DNA of 64,000 nt, taken from an uncultured Bacilli bacterium. GTDB lineage: Bacteria; Bacillota_I; Bacilli_A; RF39; UBA660. Numbering within the stretch: the stretch's first letter is position 1; each line of letters opens with the position of its first letter. Below are positions 60,103-64,000 of this stretch, piece by piece. Below the pieces are notes generated by a model. It had not been told where the DNA came from, did no database searches, and worked only from the letters and a program-made list of their open reading frames with translations. Location: the NCBI GenBank assembly GCA_947626095.1, contig CANQQV010000001.1, positions 64,001 through 128,000 of the forward strand, in the 5' to 3' direction. The translations under genes were made by a program, and so were the position numbers.

Positions 60103-62331
60103 CTAATTTTCTTCAATATTATTTTTTAATATTTTACTTAATTCTATATTACCATTCTCATTTAAATGAATGCCATCTATATCTAAGTAATCACTAGTAC
60201 TACTAAACATATTACTTAGGTCAATTAAAACTACATTATCAGAAACTAATTCTTTCATAATATTCTTTTCATGATTATTAGTTACTACAATATATAATTT
60301 TTTATTTTGACATAAATTAATTATTTCTTGATATTCTTCCTTATTAAAACTAATACTATTATCAAACTCTAAAATAATATTATTTGGTAATAATTCTTCA
60401 TTCTTAATACTTTCTATTACTTTTTCATAAGTAAATTCCTTATCCGTAATATACTTCGCATCAGTAAATACTTCATGTAACTTATCAAACGAATTAATAA
60501 GGATTTCATTACCAATAAATAAGTACTTAGAAGTTAAATCTTCTTTATATTGATTTAATATTTCTTCCTTTTCTTTTTCAAAGTTTTCTAAATAAACTTC
60601 ATATACCGAATTATATATAACTTCACTATAAGCTTTAATTCCTTTACTCGTTAAATGAATACCATCAGCATAAAAATATTCATCATGTCCCTCTGAAGCA
60701 CTATTCCAATCTATTAGATGAACATTATCATGTTGATTAGCAAAATTAAGTAATCTATCATTTACATGAACATCTTCATCATTCGTAACATTCACCCAGA
60801 ATATTTCACGATCACCACATTCTGCTAAAATAGCTTCCTTACATTTATTTGAGCAATCTCCATTTGTTCCTAAATTAAGTACAACCGGTCCTTTAAATAA
60901 CTTTTTACTCTTTAAATCAACAATTATATCTTGAACTGACCATGCCGTACGAGATATTTTCGCATCTACATAACTATTAGGAAACTGTTTATATAAACCA
61001 TTAACTGCTCCTAACATAACTGAGTCTCCAATACCAACTAACGGTAATTCATGAACTTTATCTTCTAAATTGCTTTCGCCTTCTTCTAACTCTTCAATAG
61101 TTGAAGCCCAATTATCTTTCTTTTCACTAAGCATCTTCGCATATTCTTCTTGTTTTCTCTTAACTAATTCTTCATTCTCGGCCATTTTTTGTTCCAAAAC
61201 ATCCATTTCTTTCTGATAATCTTTAGCTACAACAAACTTATAACCACCAAACAAAGTAAAACCTAACACTAAAATACTCAAAGCTATCTTTAAATACTTA
61301 AGCTTAATATCTTTATATTTAAAATCTAATATATAACGTAATAAATAACCTAGAACAAAACTACCTATAACCACAATTAATACTTTTAACAAAATATTAA
61401 TCTTAACTAACTGTAATAAAAAGATAATTGGATATTGTACTAAATAAACTTCATAAGTAACACTTGATAAACTCTTACATCCCATATCAAATATACTTAA
61501 ACCTCTTTTATTTAAACTTACATATTCTATTAAACGACAAGCTATTAAACTATCTATTATCATAATTATCGCCAAAAGCTTAAAATCAGCTCTAATAAAG
61601 ACAAAAGAATAAATTAAAACTACAACATACATAATAATGATTAATTTAGAATATTTCTTTTGTTTAAATAAATCAGGAACTAAATTACCATAGTAAGAAT
61701 GAATAAAACCTAATGATAAACCTAATAATAATGAAAAAGCTCTAGCCAAAGTATCATAATAAGTAACCATTATATTGCCTTGTCTACTTACAATATAAAA
61801 ATATATACAACTAACTATTGCTAATATAACCGTTATTAAACAAGGAATAATCTTCTTCTTAAAGACTTTTTCTATCTTTCTTAAACCTAAATAAATAAAA
61901 GGAAATACTAAGTCAAATTGAAATAATATACTTATATACCATAAATGCATAAAAGGCGAATTAACATGTTTGGCAAAATAATCTAAATTGGCACTAAGTT
62001 GCCAAAAATTATTATAACCAAATAATACCGAGAATGTTTCTGGTTTTAAATTCATCCAATTAATACTTGATATTAAAGATACAACTCCAATACTAACCAT
62101 AACTACTACTAGCAGTGGAATATATAATCTTTTTAATTTATTAAGATAATACTCTTTTAAAGAAAACTCTTTCTTTTTAAAAGCACTAACACAAGATAAA
62201 TAACCACTAAGGACAAAAAACACGCAAACAGCTAAAAAGCCACCCTTTAACACTGTTAAATGATATAATAATACACCAATACAAGCTATTAATCTAATAT
62301 AATCAATTCCTATAATATACTTCTTATTCAT
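60103..62331 (-). CDS. oatA: OatA-like O-acetyltransferase (AT3 + SGNH) with an extra degenerate SGNH domain
   Basis: GIDYIRLIA, FFVLSGYL, HLWY (AT3); IGDSVM, LGTN, DGIHL (SGNH); second IGNE...DGIHL domain. Confidence 0.8.
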   Translation of the reverse strand: MNKKYIIGIDYIRLIACIGVLLYHLTVLKGGFLAVCVFFVLSGYLSCVSAFKKKEFSLKEYYLNKLKRLYIPLLVVVMVSIGVVSLISSINWMNLKPETFSVLFGYNNFWQLSANLDYFAKHVNSPFMHLWYISILFQFDLVFPFIYLGLRKIEKVFKKKIIPCLITVILAIVSCIYFYIVSRQGNIMVTYYDTLARAFSLLLGLSLGFIHSYYGNLVPDLFKQKKYSKLIIIMYVVVLIYSFVFIRADFKLLAIIMIIDSLIACRLIEYVSLNKRGLSIFDMGCKSLSSVTYEVYLVQYPIIFLLQLVKINILLKVLIVVIGSFVLGYLLRYILDFKYKDIKLKYLKIALSILVLGFTLFGGYKFVVAKDYQKEMDVLEQKMAENEELVKRKQEEYAKMLSEKKDNWASTIEELEEGESNLEDKVHELPLVGIGDSVMLGAVNGLYKQFPNSYVDAKISRTAWSVQDIIVDLKSKKLFKGPVVLNLGTNGDCSNKCKEAILAECGDREIFWVNVTNDEDVHVNDRLLNFANQHDNVHLIDWNSASEGHDEYFYADGIHLTSKGIKAYSEVIYNSVYEVYLENFEKEKEEILNQYKEDLTSKYLFIGNEILINSFDKLHEVFTDAKYITDKEFTYEKVIESIKNEELLPNNIILEFDNSISFNKEEYQEIINLCQNKKLYIVVTNNHEKNIMKELVSDNVVLIDLSNMFSSTSDYLDIDGIHLNENGNIELSKILKNNIEEN

Positions 62332-62369
62332 CTTACAACCTCTTACTCCACGTTCAATAGAAAAAGAGT

Positions 62370-63128
62370 CTATAACTCTATATTCCTATTATATACCATT
62401 GCTTCTTTAGGAAAATACTTTTTATTATCAATTAATTCTCTATTTACTTTTTCTTTATAAAATTCATCAATAAAACCTAATATTGTATTAACAATATAGT
62501 TAGCATCTTCTCTACTTATATTATACACCTTACATTCTTCATCACTAATCACAACTGCTTTACGATGATACTCATAAAAAATATCCGCTACATCCATACC
62601 TTTATTTATCATCTCATCTACAAACGGAATATATCTTAACTCTTTAATTATCTTTGGATTATTAACATATATCTCCTTTTCCGTTTGATATTTAATTAAT
62701 GTTGTTGCTGAATGTACTTTATCAATCATTTTAGCAACTTTAGCTTCTAAATTACTACTATTATCAAAGTCTTTTATTAATTGCTTAATATTTATAATAC
62801 CATTAAATAATCTATCTAAATATTCAATTGCTACATTAGTAACTCTCTCAATTTCTTCACTAGATACTCCTTCAAACTTTGTAATATCTCCAGTAATAGC
62901 TTCCGGCAAATCATGACATATAATATAATCATATAATTTATCATAATTAATAAATTGGTCTAACTTATTTTTAAGTATTCTCGCTATTAAAATTAAATCT
63001 AATATATGATCTTTAACATCTTCAAGTCGCTCTCTATCTACACACCATAATACTGGTCCACTTCTTTTAGTATCACCCAGTATATCAAAAATCATAAATA
63101 ATTTTACTTCATTTTCCACTACTATCAC
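62370..63128 (-). CDS. HD-domain protein (YfbR/HDDC2-like)
   Basis: KRSG...EDVKDH, HDLPEAITGD, AKMIDK motifs. Confidence 0.85.
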   Translation of the reverse strand: MIVVENEVKLFMIFDILGDTKRSGPVLWCVDRERLEDVKDHILDLILIARILKNKLDQFINYDKLYDYIICHDLPEAITGDITKFEGVSSEEIERVTNVAIEYLDRLFNGIINIKQLIKDFDNSSNLEAKVAKMIDKVHSATTLIKYQTEKEIYVNNPKIIKELRYIPFVDEMINKGMDVADIFYEYHRKAVVISDEECKVYNISREDANYIVNTILGFIDEFYKEKVNRELIDNKKYFPKEAMVYNRNIEL

Positions 63129-63135
63129 CTAGTTG

Positions 63136-64000
63136 CTAGAACAATGGTGCTAATAATCTTAATATCGCTTGCCATATATTTTTAATGAATCCTACTTTAA
63201 CATCCTTTTCTTTTAATTCTTTAGATTCTTTAAATGTCTTATCAAAATCTTCTTTTATCTTCTTAATTTCTTTACAATCTTCCATATAAATACCATTTTC
63301 AAAATGTAAATATAAACTACGATAATCCATATTAATAGTACCTACTACACTTCTTATATCATCAGCAATAAATACTTTTGAATGAACAAATCCCTTAGTA
63401 AAAGTATATATTTTAACGCCACCCTTAGTAAGTACTTCAAAGAAAGAACTAGTCTGTGTATAAGTAACTTGTTTATCTGGAATACCAGGCACAATAATTC
63501 TTACATCTACTCCTCTTTTAGCTGCTCTAATTAAACTATTAACCATATCTGTATCAATTATTAAATAAGGAGTCATAATATATAAATATTTCTTAGCACT
63601 ATTAATCATATTTATATATACATCTTCGCCAATTAAATCATTATGTAATGGTGATAATCCATAAGGTACTACATAACTACCATTATCTTTTTTATCTTTA
63701 AAATCATATTTAAACTTTAATATATCTTTATCTTCCTGAACATTAGCATTCCACATTGTTAAAAACATAACAGTTAAATTCCAAATAGCATCTCCTACTA
63801 TTTTAATCCCATTATCTTTCCAAATACCTAATGTACTATTAACATTAATATATTCATCACTTAAATTAACTCCTCCAGAGAATGCTACTTTACCATCTAT
63901 AATTGTCATCTTACGATGATCTCTATTATTCATAAATATTCCTCTAAAAGGACTTAATTTATTAAAAGGAATACACTTAATTCCATACTTAGCTAATTCT
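63136..64000 (-). CDS. cls: Cardiolipin synthase (5' part outside the window)
   Basis: Two HKD motifs (RDHRKMTIIDG; HSKVFIADD) and GTINMDYRS; the frame stays open to the window edge. Confidence 0.93.
   Translation of the reverse strand, partial: ELAKYGIKCIPFNKLSPFRGIFMNNRDHRKMTIIDGKVAFSGGVNLSDEYINVNSTLGIWKDNGIKIVGDAIWNLTVMFLTMWNANVQEDKDILKFKYDFKDKKDNGSYVVPYGLSPLHNDLIGEDVYINMINSAKKYLYIMTPYLIIDTDMVNSLIRAAKRGVDVRIIVPGIPDKQVTYTQTSSFFEVLTKGGVKIYTFTKGFVHSKVFIADDIRSVVGTINMDYRSLYLHFENGIYMEDCKEIKKIKEDFDKTFKESKELKEKDVKVGFIKNIWQAILRLLAPLF

Overview
Very AT-rich, gene-dense bacterial chromosome segment using the standard code (TGA is a stop; AGG codes Arg at a conserved Gmk position). The gene content suggests a reduced-genome gut Bacillota, probably Bacilli order RF39 (inference). 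Housekeeping genes: deoD, add, purA, purB, dxs, gmk, ybaK, def, htpG with a CIRCE operator, an oatA-like acyltransferase, a partial cls, tRNA-Cys(GCA), tRNA-Thr(CGT) and tmRNA, mixed with many lineage-specific membrane or secreted proteins. The strongest candidate for an undescribed system is a tight operon at 31482-33916 built from pieces of a C-family replicative polymerase: an XRE-HTH fused to a PolC-type OB fold, a stand-alone PolC-type OB fold, DUF1810, and a polymerase palm/fingers remnant lacking its catalytic motifs. It lies beside a PD-(D/E)XK nuclease, an ART-like protein and the ssrA 3' end. Other notable items: a complete type I toxin-antitoxin locus missing from the ORF track (19193-19503); a membrane XRE regulator with twin GTGA-N7-TCAC operators upstream of a secreted-protein/double MacB-like cassette; an HPD-less J-domain gene paired with a pilin-like Cys-repeat stalk gene; and several apparent pseudoenzymes (HipA-like kinase, VIP2-like ART, second SGNH, thioredoxin fold). 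All homology calls come from recognising motifs by eye; no searches were run.
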